From positions 14,150-78,149 of the forward strand of contig JAUWMR010000002.1 in the NCBI GenBank assembly GCA_030613055.1: DNA of 64,000 nt, in the 5' to 3' direction. Under the pieces are notes generated by a model. The model saw only the letters and a program-made list of their open reading frames with translations. It was not told the origin of the DNA and did not search any database. This DNA comes from Desulfobacteraceae bacterium (GTDB lineage Bacteria; Desulfobacterota; DSM-4660; Desulfatiglandales; Desulfatiglandaceae). The translations under genes and the position numbers were made by a program. Below, piece after piece: positions 1 through 7,650 of the stretch; position 1 is the stretch's first letter, and every line of letters begins with the position of its first letter.

Positions 1-194
1 GCAACGTGTTTTTCGCGAATATAAGGAAGCCGGTAGTGGTTCATTCCACCTGTCTTTCTCTTCTGGTCATAAATACAAACCGAAACGCATGATCCAAGCA
101 CTGTTGATATTGCGGTAGGTCTTGTTGCCACAAATATGTATCCAGGTTCAAGGAAGTAGTTAGTGGCAGCCGGTCTATTTGATTTCTCAGTCAC
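1..194 (-). CDS. cheD: CheD-like chemoreceptor glutamine deamidase, N-terminal part (gene continues off the left edge)
   Basis: Open at the window edge, so absent from the ORF track. Minus-strand translation from a GTG at ~194 reads [64 protein letters not shown], with the CheD hallmark LGSCV...GGMNH..LP. It is a paralogue of the complete CheD at 7051..7524. Confidence 0.55.
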   Translation of the reverse strand, partial: MTEKSNRPAATNYFLEPGYIFVATRPTAISTVLGSCVSVCIYDQKRKTGGMNHYRLPYIREKHV

Positions 195-198
195 TTGT

Positions 199-663
199 TT
201 ACCGTTTATCTACTATTATTCCCATATTCTTGAGCATATCCCATGCCTTTCCCCTTTCCTCATCATTTGAATCTTTTGAGGCATAAGTTATTATTGCCCG
301 GATAACTTCATCGCTAATTCCCGCGTTTTTAAGCTCAATAATGTCTTTTACAGTGTTGAACTTGATTGACTTGATATCCTTTCCGTAAACTACAGGCGCC
401 CTTTCTTTCATGAAAGAACCATGTTTTATCAATATCCGGATGGTTTCATCACTCAGACCGGCATTTTTGAGATCTACAATTTCCTTGACTGTGAAGGCAC
501 AGGTCTCTATGATTTTTTCTTCCACCATAGATTGGATTGTCCTGTCGCTTATCCCTGCTTTTTTCAGGCGAAGGATGTCCTTGCCGTCCAGGCACAGGCC
601 CGTTCCGGATATAAGAAAGGATAATGAGATTGAGATCATGAAAGCTGATATGTTCTTTTTCAT
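199..663 (-). CDS. Secreted or lipoprotein-like protein with three LK(K/N)AG(I/L)SD..I repeats; function unknown
   Basis: 154-aa ORF with an N-terminal signal-like segment ([24 protein letters not shown]). Three internal repeats are visible: [36 protein letters not shown] and [18 protein letters not shown]. Confidence 0.6.
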   Translation of the reverse strand: MKKNISAFMISISLSFLISGTGLCLDGKDILRLKKAGISDRTIQSMVEEKIIETCAFTVKEIVDLKNAGLSDETIRILIKHGSFMKERAPVVYGKDIKSIKFNTVKDIIELKNAGISDEVIRAIITYASKDSNDEERGKAWDMLKNMGIIVDKR

Positions 664-684
664 ATGCTCACCGGTAAAAACTGT

Positions 685-1074
685 GTAACTACACAGGTTC
701 TATTAGACAGGATAACCCCGCCTTCCGCGGGGCAGGCATGGATTAACTTGATTTTTTTGAATTCCTGTAAATCCTTTAACTATCCTGATAGCCCGTTCCT
801 TGCTATAGGGGTAAGTGATTAGTATAAACCCTTATATTGTAATTTGGGTTAACCTGCTCTCCCGATTTATCGGGAGTTAATTTGAATATTCGTTTCACAT
901 TTAAGAGAGACCCAAAGAGATTATATTAATTCCTTATTCGGGGTCTATATGTAAGGCATTTTACCAGGATATTTCTTTTGATTTACTGGATTATTACAAT
1001 AATGTTTTGTTCGTGACTTAACCCCGCGGAACGCGGGGTTATCCTGTCTAAAAAAGAGACACCTGAATAGCAAC
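685..1074. mobile_element. MITE-like non-autonomous element, family A, copy 1 (~390 bp)
   Basis: Homologous along its length to 10649..11052. Imperfect terminal inverted repeats: GTAACTACACAGGT...TTAGACAGGATAAC versus GTTATCCTGTCTAA...ACCTGAATAGCAAC. AT-rich interior with long imperfect internal inverted repeats and no ORF. Flanked by AAAACTGT and AAAACCGT (7/8 direct repeat). Confidence 0.7.
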
Positions 1075-1086
1075 AAAACCGTTATT

Positions 1087-1974
1087 TTATCTGAGAAAAT
1101 TAATGAGGCTCGGTTGAATTATTCTTGCCGCCACCTCCAGGGCAACCTCATAAGCTGCTTGCTGTTTTTGTAAATCAACAATTGCCTTAGCCATATAAGC
1201 ATCTTCAGTATCTGAAAGTATATTTTCAACATTCAGCTTAAATTTAGAAAGCTGATTTTCCGTTAACTCCAATCGAATGTAGGTTGATGCGATTTCAGCC
1301 CTCGATTCCCGGACCTGGCTAATGGCGTTATTGATCGGATTAATCAAATCATAAATATCGGACGGGACATAAGGATCAGTTTCCAGGCCGTCTATCAATT
1401 GCTTTAATACACCAAAGACATCCACGCCGTTATCAAACAGTTCTTCACCAGTAGCGTTTATGCGTGTATCAGTATTTTCGCCAATTATTATTTTAATCTC
1501 ACCGGCATCACCATGGTAGGTCGCATTATAGTTGCCATCACTGGAAAACGGCGCGGTACCTGTCTCGTGCCCCGCAAAGACATAGCTGTTACCGCACTTT
1601 GTGTTTGCAAGGCTCAGTACGTGGTCATATATGTCCTTTGCTTCTTTAAGAGCTATGTACCTGGTGTCCAGGTCTCCCGCTGACTGGTCTACGGCAATAT
1701 CTTTTGCCTTATTAAGTAACGTTTCGATTGACCCTAACGCTGTCTCCGAAATTTCAATCCAGGTTTTTCCATGGATAATATTCCTGTTATACTGGTCAAT
1801 AGAGGAAAGCGTTTTCCGGGAGGCCAGGACCCTGCCCATTCCTACGGGATCATCAGATGGCTTGTTAATTATTTTCTCAGTAGTGACGATTTCTTGAGCC
1901 TTAAGGAGGTTTCCGGCCTGCCTGAAGAGGTTCCTGGTAATTGTATTAGCCATCTGGTTATTTGATACGCGCAT
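1087..1974 (-). CDS. flgL: Flagellar hook-associated protein 3 (FlgL)
   Basis: 295 aa. Flagellin-like N terminus MRVSNNQMANTITRNL...KPSDDPVG and C terminus typical of FlgL. Lies directly after flgK. Confidence 0.9.
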   Translation of the reverse strand: MRVSNNQMANTITRNLFRQAGNLLKAQEIVTTEKIINKPSDDPVGMGRVLASRKTLSSIDQYNRNIIHGKTWIEISETALGSIETLLNKAKDIAVDQSAGDLDTRYIALKEAKDIYDHVLSLANTKCGNSYVFAGHETGTAPFSSDGNYNATYHGDAGEIKIIIGENTDTRINATGEELFDNGVDVFGVLKQLIDGLETDPYVPSDIYDLINPINNAISQVRESRAEIASTYIRLELTENQLSKFKLNVENILSDTEDAYMAKAIVDLQKQQAAYEVALEVAARIIQPSLINFLR

Positions 1975-2085
1975 TTTATTTCTCCTGTTTTGGTTGACGG
2001 GTCGATTAGTTGAGTGGTTGAATGGTTAGAAATCAAAACACTAATCAACTAATCAACTACTTAACCAATTAACGACTAAACTAAT

Positions 2086-3477
2086 TCACGCCATATTAAT
2101 TAAAGTATCCATTAATTCATCTACTGTTCTAAACAGTTTGGCGGCAGCATCGTATGCATGCTGGAATTTGATCAGGTTGACCATTTCCTCATCAAGAGAT
2201 ACCCCCGAAATCGATTCCCGGTAATTGTCCAGGCTGGAGACCATTGCTTCTTGATGATCGTAATTTATTCCAGCAGACTGCACAGCGATCCCGACATCGC
2301 TGACAAGAGAATTATAGAAATCATCGTATGTGGCGGTGCCACCGCTCATGAAAGTTCCGTTTTGAAGTTCTGCAACCGCTATTGCATTGCTGTTATCCCC
2401 GGGTACTCCCAGCGCAGTCCCGGATGCTGCAATCAGATTGACGTCTCCTGCAATATTTGTATTTACAGTTATGTCTGAGGCTGATGTCCCTGTGAAAAAG
2501 ACCTCTCCTGGGTTTGAGTTTAAATCAAACCCTGCTGTATGACTGTTATTAACTTCAGTGATAATACTTGAAGCCATATTATCCAGCCTGGTTTTATAAT
2601 CTTCAATTGCAACATCTCTCACTTCAAGCCAACCTTTTAGCTTTCCGCCTGAAATATCATTAGTTATGTCCACGGTGTTCCCGTTATTATCGTCCCATAC
2701 AATGTTTTGAAGGCCGTCAGGATTGGTTTCAGTGGATAGATCCCAGGAAAAGTAATTTCGTACTAAGGGTTTTCCATTGGCCACCAGGACGGTTATACTC
2801 CCGTTACTGTCTTCGAAGAAGTCAAAATCAATCAATGATGACAGCTCTTTCAGCAGCAAATCCCGACTGTCTCTGTAGTCATTAGCATTTATGCCACCTG
2901 TTTCAACCTGGACTATCTTTTGATTGAGATCGGCAATCTGTTCTGCAATCAGATTTATTTCACCGGCGGTTCCCTTGATATTGGTATCCATGTCTTTCTG
3001 GATCTGTTCGAGGTTCGAGTACATATTATTGAAGGTGGTTGCCATGGTCTCACTTTTAGCCAGGAGGGTCACTCGCTCCACATGGCCGGAAGGGTTATTG
3101 ACCAGATCCTGCCAGGCATTCCAGAACTCACTCATTGCCTGGTTCAACCCATAACCGGAGGTTTCATCAAAGACAATTTCCACTCTTTCAAGGGCACCTT
3201 TCTGGGCCTCCCATCTTCCCAGATTCTGATTCTCATTATTGATTTGAAGCCCTAAAAAACGGTCGTAAATTCTCTGGATCTCCGTAGCCCTTACGCCACC
3301 GCCCACAAGTCCTATCCCAACTGAGATGGGATCATTTGTTGCCAGATTCACCCTCTGGCGTGAATAGCCAGGGGTATTGACATTGGCAATATTGTGACCG
3401 GTTACTTCAATTGCCTTCTGATGGGCAAAGAGGGCTCCTCTTCCTGCGTTCATAATTACACTATAGATGCCCGTCAT
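2086..3477 (-). CDS. flgK: Flagellar hook-associated protein 1 (FlgK)
   Basis: Track ORF 2086..3606 trimmed to the internal ATG at 3477 (MTGIYSVIMNAGRGAL...NIANVNTPGYSRQRV, the conserved FlgK/rod N terminus). The 43 upstream codons overlap cheB and look non-coding. Confidence 0.9.
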   Translation of the reverse strand: MTGIYSVIMNAGRGALFAHQKAIEVTGHNIANVNTPGYSRQRVNLATNDPISVGIGLVGGGVRATEIQRIYDRFLGLQINNENQNLGRWEAQKGALERVEIVFDETSGYGLNQAMSEFWNAWQDLVNNPSGHVERVTLLAKSETMATTFNNMYSNLEQIQKDMDTNIKGTAGEINLIAEQIADLNQKIVQVETGGINANDYRDSRDLLLKELSSLIDFDFFEDSNGSITVLVANGKPLVRNYFSWDLSTETNPDGLQNIVWDDNNGNTVDITNDISGGKLKGWLEVRDVAIEDYKTRLDNMASSIITEVNNSHTAGFDLNSNPGEVFFTGTSASDITVNTNIAGDVNLIAASGTALGVPGDNSNAIAVAELQNGTFMSGGTATYDDFYNSLVSDVGIAVQSAGINYDHQEAMVSSLDNYRESISGVSLDEEMVNLIKFQHAYDAAAKLFRTVDELMDTLINMA

Positions 3478-4529
3478 GGTAAGCCACCTATCCTTTCTTT
3501 TTTTTGCAGGGCATTGATAATTGTGCGTGAGACATCCTGCAACGGAACAACTTTGGCAGCGGCCCCGAGCTTTATCGCCTCTTTGGGCATGCCAAATACG
3601 ACACACGTTTTCTCATCCTGGGCCATGGTAAAAGATCCGTTTTGTTTCATCTTCAGCAACCCTGTGGCTCCATCTGCTCCCATGCCTGTAAGCAGCACGC
3701 CTATTGCATTGGATCCTGCACTTTTTGCTACTGAATGGAATAACACGTCCACCGCGGGCCGCTGGTAGTGAACTCGAGGACCTTCCTTTATTTTTACTGA
3801 ATAATTCCCGCCATTTCGGTTGAGCACCATATGATAATTCCCTGGTGCTAATAGGGCGACGCCGGGGACAACGTGGTCGTTATCCTTTGCTTCGCGTACC
3901 TCCATCTGGCAAATTTCATTAAGTCTTCCGGCAAATGTAGTGGTAAATTTTTCCGGCATATGCTGCACAATCAACGTGCCTGGAGATATAGCGGGCATAT
4001 CAGAAAGCACGACCTCGATGGCCTTGGTTCCACCGGTCGAGGCGCCGATTGCAATCACCCTGTTTGTTGTTTCAAACCGGAAATCATATATTTGGGGCTT
4101 TTTAGGGGAAGAACTCGATTTGTCCGGATGCGCTTTAATACGTGCTGAGGCGGCAATACGAATAGAGCGGGCCAGGCTTTGAGAAATATCCACTGTAGAA
4201 TATGAGCCTCCCGGTTTGCTAATGACGTCAACGGCGCCCAGATCCAGGGCTCTCAGGGCATTCTCGCTGTTTTCCGGAGCGACGGAACTCACCACAATAA
4301 CCGGCATTGGATAGAATTTCATAAGCTTCGCAAGAAATGAAAGGCCATCCATCTTAGGCATTTCCAGATCGAGTGTAATCACGTCCGGCTTGAGTTTGAC
4401 GATCTTGTCCCTGGCCGCGTATGGATCAACAGCGGTTCCGACTATTTCAATCCCATCATATTTGGATAGTTCATCTGTTAGAACCTTGCGAACAACGGCA
4501 GAGTCATCTACTATAAGTACTTTGATCAT
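3474..4529 (-). CDS. cheB: Chemotaxis response regulator protein-glutamate methylesterase (CheB)
   Basis: 351 aa. N-terminal REC domain (MIKVLIVDDSAVVRK...DLEMPKMDG) plus a CheB methylesterase domain (IAIGASTGG...GMGADG...FGMP). Confidence 0.95.
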   Translation of the reverse strand: MIKVLIVDDSAVVRKVLTDELSKYDGIEIVGTAVDPYAARDKIVKLKPDVITLDLEMPKMDGLSFLAKLMKFYPMPVIVVSSVAPENSENALRALDLGAVDVISKPGGSYSTVDISQSLARSIRIAASARIKAHPDKSSSSPKKPQIYDFRFETTNRVIAIGASTGGTKAIEVVLSDMPAISPGTLIVQHMPEKFTTTFAGRLNEICQMEVREAKDNDHVVPGVALLAPGNYHMVLNRNGGNYSVKIKEGPRVHYQRPAVDVLFHSVAKSAGSNAIGVLLTGMGADGATGLLKMKQNGSFTMAQDEKTCVVFGMPKEAIKLGAAAKVVPLQDVSRTIINALQKKERIGGLP

Positions 4530-4570
4530 CTTATTTCCCTGCTTTCTTCCGGGGTCAGCCCTCTTTTATT

Positions 4571-4683
4571 GTCATTCCCGCCCCGCATCAAGTGCGGGAT
4601 AAACTACGGCGGGAATCCATAAATGCCTTTTACTGGACTCCCGCCCCTCCCTTCGCTGGGGCAAGCTCTTCGCGGGAGTGACG
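4571..4683. repeat. Two adjacent REP-like palindromic units (types GTCATTCCCGC...GCGGGAATCC and ACTCCCGC...GCGGGAGTGACG)
   Basis: Nested hairpin sequence gtcattcccgccccgcatcaagtgcgggataaactacggcgggaatcc, followed by actcccgcccctcccttcgctggggcaagctcttcgcgggagtgacg. Near-identical units recur at ~7561, ~13085 (inverted), ~26312 and ~31430 (inverted). Confidence 0.75.
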
Positions 4684-4835
4684 GAATAGAATTCATATTC
4701 CATCTATGGGGCTTTTATAAATAAATTTCCTATGCTGCGAAAATTCTATACTGCTAAGTCTCTATCCATATTTTTGCAAGATTTATTTCTCAATTGGGGT
4801 TTTATTTCGTTCTGCTTAACCACTCAACCAATCAA

Positions 4836-5336
4836 CTACTCAACCAATCCCCCGACAACCTGGATATCACCGAACAGGAAAAGAGCACATTGTTCATCGT
4901 CAATATCAAGTTTCACTGAAGACGCGGGTTTTCGACCGTCACTATCTGTTACTGCATTTTTTATGGCATCAGCTCCAGCAATGATTTCCGGAGTATCAAT
5001 GTTGAAGACGGCCTGTTCTCCGGCGATAAAGGGCAGCAGGTTTCCGCAGATAATGTTTATGGTCTCTTTCAGAGCATCTTCTTGTTGATCCGGCGTAGTC
5101 TCTTGGCCATCATTAACTCCGAGCATGTTGGAGGTCAGCTCAACAAGAACCTGGCGCGAAATTGTTATGATCAGGCTCCCTGAAAATGGACCTGTAAACG
5201 AAACGCCTGCCGCAGCAGCAGAATCGTAGTCCATGTCGCCATTGTCCTCTTCAGGAAAAGAAAAGATAAAGGCCAGTTTCTCCAGGCTCTCCACGGCCAC
5301 ACGAGACAGTATGTCATTTAACTTTTCATTCATCAT
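4836..5336 (-). CDS. cheX: CheX/CheC-family chemotaxis phosphatase-like protein
   Basis: 166 aa. Contains the D-x3-E-x2-N signature of the CheC/CheX/FliY family (EDALKETINIICGNLLP). Overlaps the 3' end of cheY. Confidence 0.7.
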   Translation of the reverse strand: MMNEKLNDILSRVAVESLEKLAFIFSFPEEDNGDMDYDSAAAAGVSFTGPFSGSLIITISRQVLVELTSNMLGVNDGQETTPDQQEDALKETINIICGNLLPFIAGEQAVFNIDTPEIIAGADAIKNAVTDSDGRKPASSVKLDIDDEQCALFLFGDIQVVGGLVE

Positions 5337-5715
5337 TAGCTCCTATTCCTGTGATACCTTTGACAGTATCGCGGATAATTTCCGGGGAAAAGGGTTTCTG
5401 GATGAATTTCGCACCCTTGTGCTGCAATCGTTCTATGCGTGTCTTGCTTCCTTCAGTTGATATGACGAGTACCGGAAGGTCTTTCATTTCGAGATTTTCC
5501 CGAATGTGGTCTATCATCTCTTCGCCGTTCATGACCGGCATGTTAATATCCACGATCGCCAGGTCAATCCAGTGCTGCTCAAGGGCATCAAGCCCTTCCT
5601 GACCGTTGGCAGCCTGATAGGTCTCTCCAAGGGGAAGGCCGGTCATGCGCAAAGTCTTTAAGATCATAGCCCTCATAACACTGCTATCGTCAACAATAAG
5701 GACATTAATTGACAT
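5326..5715 (-). CDS. cheY: Chemotaxis response regulator CheY
   Basis: 129-aa single REC domain: MSINVLIVDDSSVMR...VDINMPVMNG...KGAKFIQKPF. Confidence 0.9.
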   Translation of the reverse strand: MSINVLIVDDSSVMRAMILKTLRMTGLPLGETYQAANGQEGLDALEQHWIDLAIVDINMPVMNGEEMIDHIRENLEMKDLPVLVISTEGSKTRIERLQHKGAKFIQKPFSPEIIRDTVKGITGIGANDE

Positions 5716-5797
5716 CTTTTTTACCCCTTATAAAATTGCTTCGCGATTTTATGAAATCCCGCCTACCGGCGGGACTACGCCGCTATTAAAAAAAAAG

Positions 5798-6092
5798 GTA
5801 ACCGTTTAGCTATATGAAAAAATCGATCATGGATTGTGGGGCCATGGGGATCTCTTTTTTATAAGCCGCATATGCTTACATCATTACATGGCCCGGCAGT
5901 TAGGACCTGAAATTTAAGCAACGGACAGCCCCATGTAGAAATCTTCATGATTAAGACCGCCATCCCTGCCTTCTCCGAGCCAATGGTCAAAGCCCAGGGG
6001 GCGTGTTGTTAGCATTAGGTGAATTTGTGATGCGGCTTTTAAAAAAGAGATCCCCATGGCCCGGTACTGTTTTCAAAGAGCTAAACTATTAC
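5798..6092. mobile_element. MITE-like element, family B, copy 1 (~295 bp, nested inverted repeats)
   Basis: Second copy at 44966..45261. Outer inverted repeats: GTAACCGTTTAGCTATATGAAAA and TTTTCAAAGAGCTAAACTATTAC. Inner ~30-bp inverted repeats: GCCATGGGGATCTCTTTTTTATAAGCCGCA (5841..5870) and TGCGGCTTTTAAAAAAGAGATCCCCATGGC (6031..6060). No credible ORF. Confidence 0.7.
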
Positions 6093-6193
6093 AATAAAAA
6101 GGAAATTCTCTAACTGTTTTCATAAGTTCTCAATAAGTTTGGGTAAATCAAACGTTAGGGAATCCAGTTGATTCTTCCGAACTTTTTGAGATG

Positions 6194-7054
6194 TTACATA
6201 TTTTCATTTAAACCAAAAACGTCGGACAATTCATTAACCCACTGCAATGTCCGGCTGGCGACCCCTTCGAGGTGAGATGCCTTGATCCCCAACCTCTTTG
6301 TGGCCGAAGGTGACGGTTCGTAATGGAGTCCTTCCCTTCCAGCCCCAATTCCGATCATCAGACTCAATACATCAGCCACATGGACAATATCTACCAGCGT
6401 ATTCGTCTCCCCGGCAGAGTCCGGATCATGGTGATACCGGACCGCACTGATGATATCCGGCGGTAACGACCAGGTTTTTAGAATATGGGCTCCGAGTTGC
6501 GCATGGTCTATCCCTAACACCTCATGCTCAGCCTCCTGGAAAGGCATTCCTTCTGATGTCAAAGCCTCAATCTTCTCTAAGTCTTCTTTTACAAATTCGC
6601 CTAAAATCAGTTTCCCGACATCATGGAGAAGGGCCGCGGTAAAGACTTCCTGGTTTGTGGAAAGCTCTAATTCCTTCATCAGACCCTCCGAGGCAACAGA
6701 TACCGCAATTGAGTGTCTCCAGAGTTCGCCGGGGGGCAACTCATAGCCGACGACCGGCTTTTGTATAATTGCGTTTACACATGAGGCCATTACTAACTGG
6801 GTGACTCTTTTGTTGCCCAACAGGACTACGGCCTGTTTTACCGAGCCAACCTTTGAGGCAAACCCGAAGTATGCGGAGTTTGCCAGCTTGAGGATATTGG
6901 CAGTGAGACCCGGATCGTATCTCACGGTTTCTTCAATTTGAGATGCGGGTATGTCCGGATCATCTAACAGCTTGAGCAATTTTGCAGTTGTCCCCGGGAT
7001 GCTCGGAAACGAGCATACCTTTGTCATTATTTCATGTATGTCCGTTTGTGTCAT
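6194..7054 (-). CDS. HDOD-domain protein
   Basis: 286 aa. LPSIPGTTAKLLKLLDDP...DPGLTANILKLANSAYFG...LLHDVGKLIL...HAQLGAHIL match the HDOD (HD-related output domain) pattern. Confidence 0.85.
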   Translation of the reverse strand: MTQTDIHEIMTKVCSFPSIPGTTAKLLKLLDDPDIPASQIEETVRYDPGLTANILKLANSAYFGFASKVGSVKQAVVLLGNKRVTQLVMASCVNAIIQKPVVGYELPPGELWRHSIAVSVASEGLMKELELSTNQEVFTAALLHDVGKLILGEFVKEDLEKIEALTSEGMPFQEAEHEVLGIDHAQLGAHILKTWSLPPDIISAVRYHHDPDSAGETNTLVDIVHVADVLSLMIGIGAGREGLHYEPSPSATKRLGIKASHLEGVASRTLQWVNELSDVFGLNENM

Positions 7055-7524
7055 AGCTCCCTCTTCTGCCCGTTACTGCTGATTATGACCTGACCGGTTG
7101 AAAGATCAAAATTGACCGTTCGGCTAATTGTACCACCAACGTCCTCGGATTCTATGAGGATGCTATTTTTCCAGAGGAGTTTTTTAAGTACGGTATGATT
7201 CCTATCCCCGATCTTAAACATTTCATTTTTACCAAGGGGGGCACCGCAACCGGCTGCCTTGACCACCATTCTCTTTTTATTTCCTCCCATGTCATACAGT
7301 TGCCTGAACAACTCCGGAACCCCTGTATCCACGAACATGAAAGGATTGGCCTGTGCCTTCTGCGGGTTGATCCTGGATAAAGGAAGCATGGCATGGAGTA
7401 ATCCCCCCACCTGTGCCACTGGATCTAAAACCATTAATCCGAGGCAACTGCCCAGGGCGTGGGTTATAAGTGAGTCTCCCGTTTTCCCGACCTTCATATC
7501 AGCTACTACAATTATGTGTCTCAT
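7051..7524 (-). CDS. cheD: Chemoreceptor glutamine deamidase CheD
   Basis: 157 aa. THALGSCLGLMVLDP...GGLLHAMLP motif. 4-nt overlap with the downstream HDOD gene. Confidence 0.9.
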   Translation of the reverse strand: MRHIIVVADMKVGKTGDSLITHALGSCLGLMVLDPVAQVGGLLHAMLPLSRINPQKAQANPFMFVDTGVPELFRQLYDMGGNKKRMVVKAAGCGAPLGKNEMFKIGDRNHTVLKKLLWKNSILIESEDVGGTISRTVNFDLSTGQVIISSNGQKREL

Positions 7525-7560
7525 TTATTCCTTGATGAACGCGTAAAAAATCAAAATCAC

Positions 7561-7607
7561 GTCACTTCCGACCCGCATCAAGTGTGGGATAAACTACAGC
7601 GGGAATC
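7561..7607. repeat. REP-like palindromic unit
   Basis: gtcacttccgacccgcatcaagtgtgggataaactacagcgggaatc. Same family as 4571..4618. Confidence 0.7.
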
Positions 7608-7650
7608 TACAAGTGCGGATTAAGTAATTTTTACCTGGCGACTAAATAAT

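Noticed and set aside
1990-2080. CAACCAATCAAC-type low-complexity repeats between flgK and flgL, considered as a hairpin terminator or riboregulator. They also occur at 4810..4850.
   Set aside because: I could not derive a convincing contiguous stem by hand. The arms are only loosely complementary. Left as an unexplained short repeat, and RNA folding software would be needed to settle it.
3478-3606. 43-codon N-terminal extension of flgK in the ORF track. Similar extensions occur at fliQ (25454..25501), fliR (25152..25187), fliJ (36250..36288), the FlrC-like gene (43571..43675), the CheX-like gene (52881..52964) and the activator (46578..46652).
   Set aside because: The extensions start at non-ATG codons or overlap the upstream gene. 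They precede ATG codons that reproduce the conserved family N termini, and some of those ATGs have a clear Shine-Dalgarno sequence.
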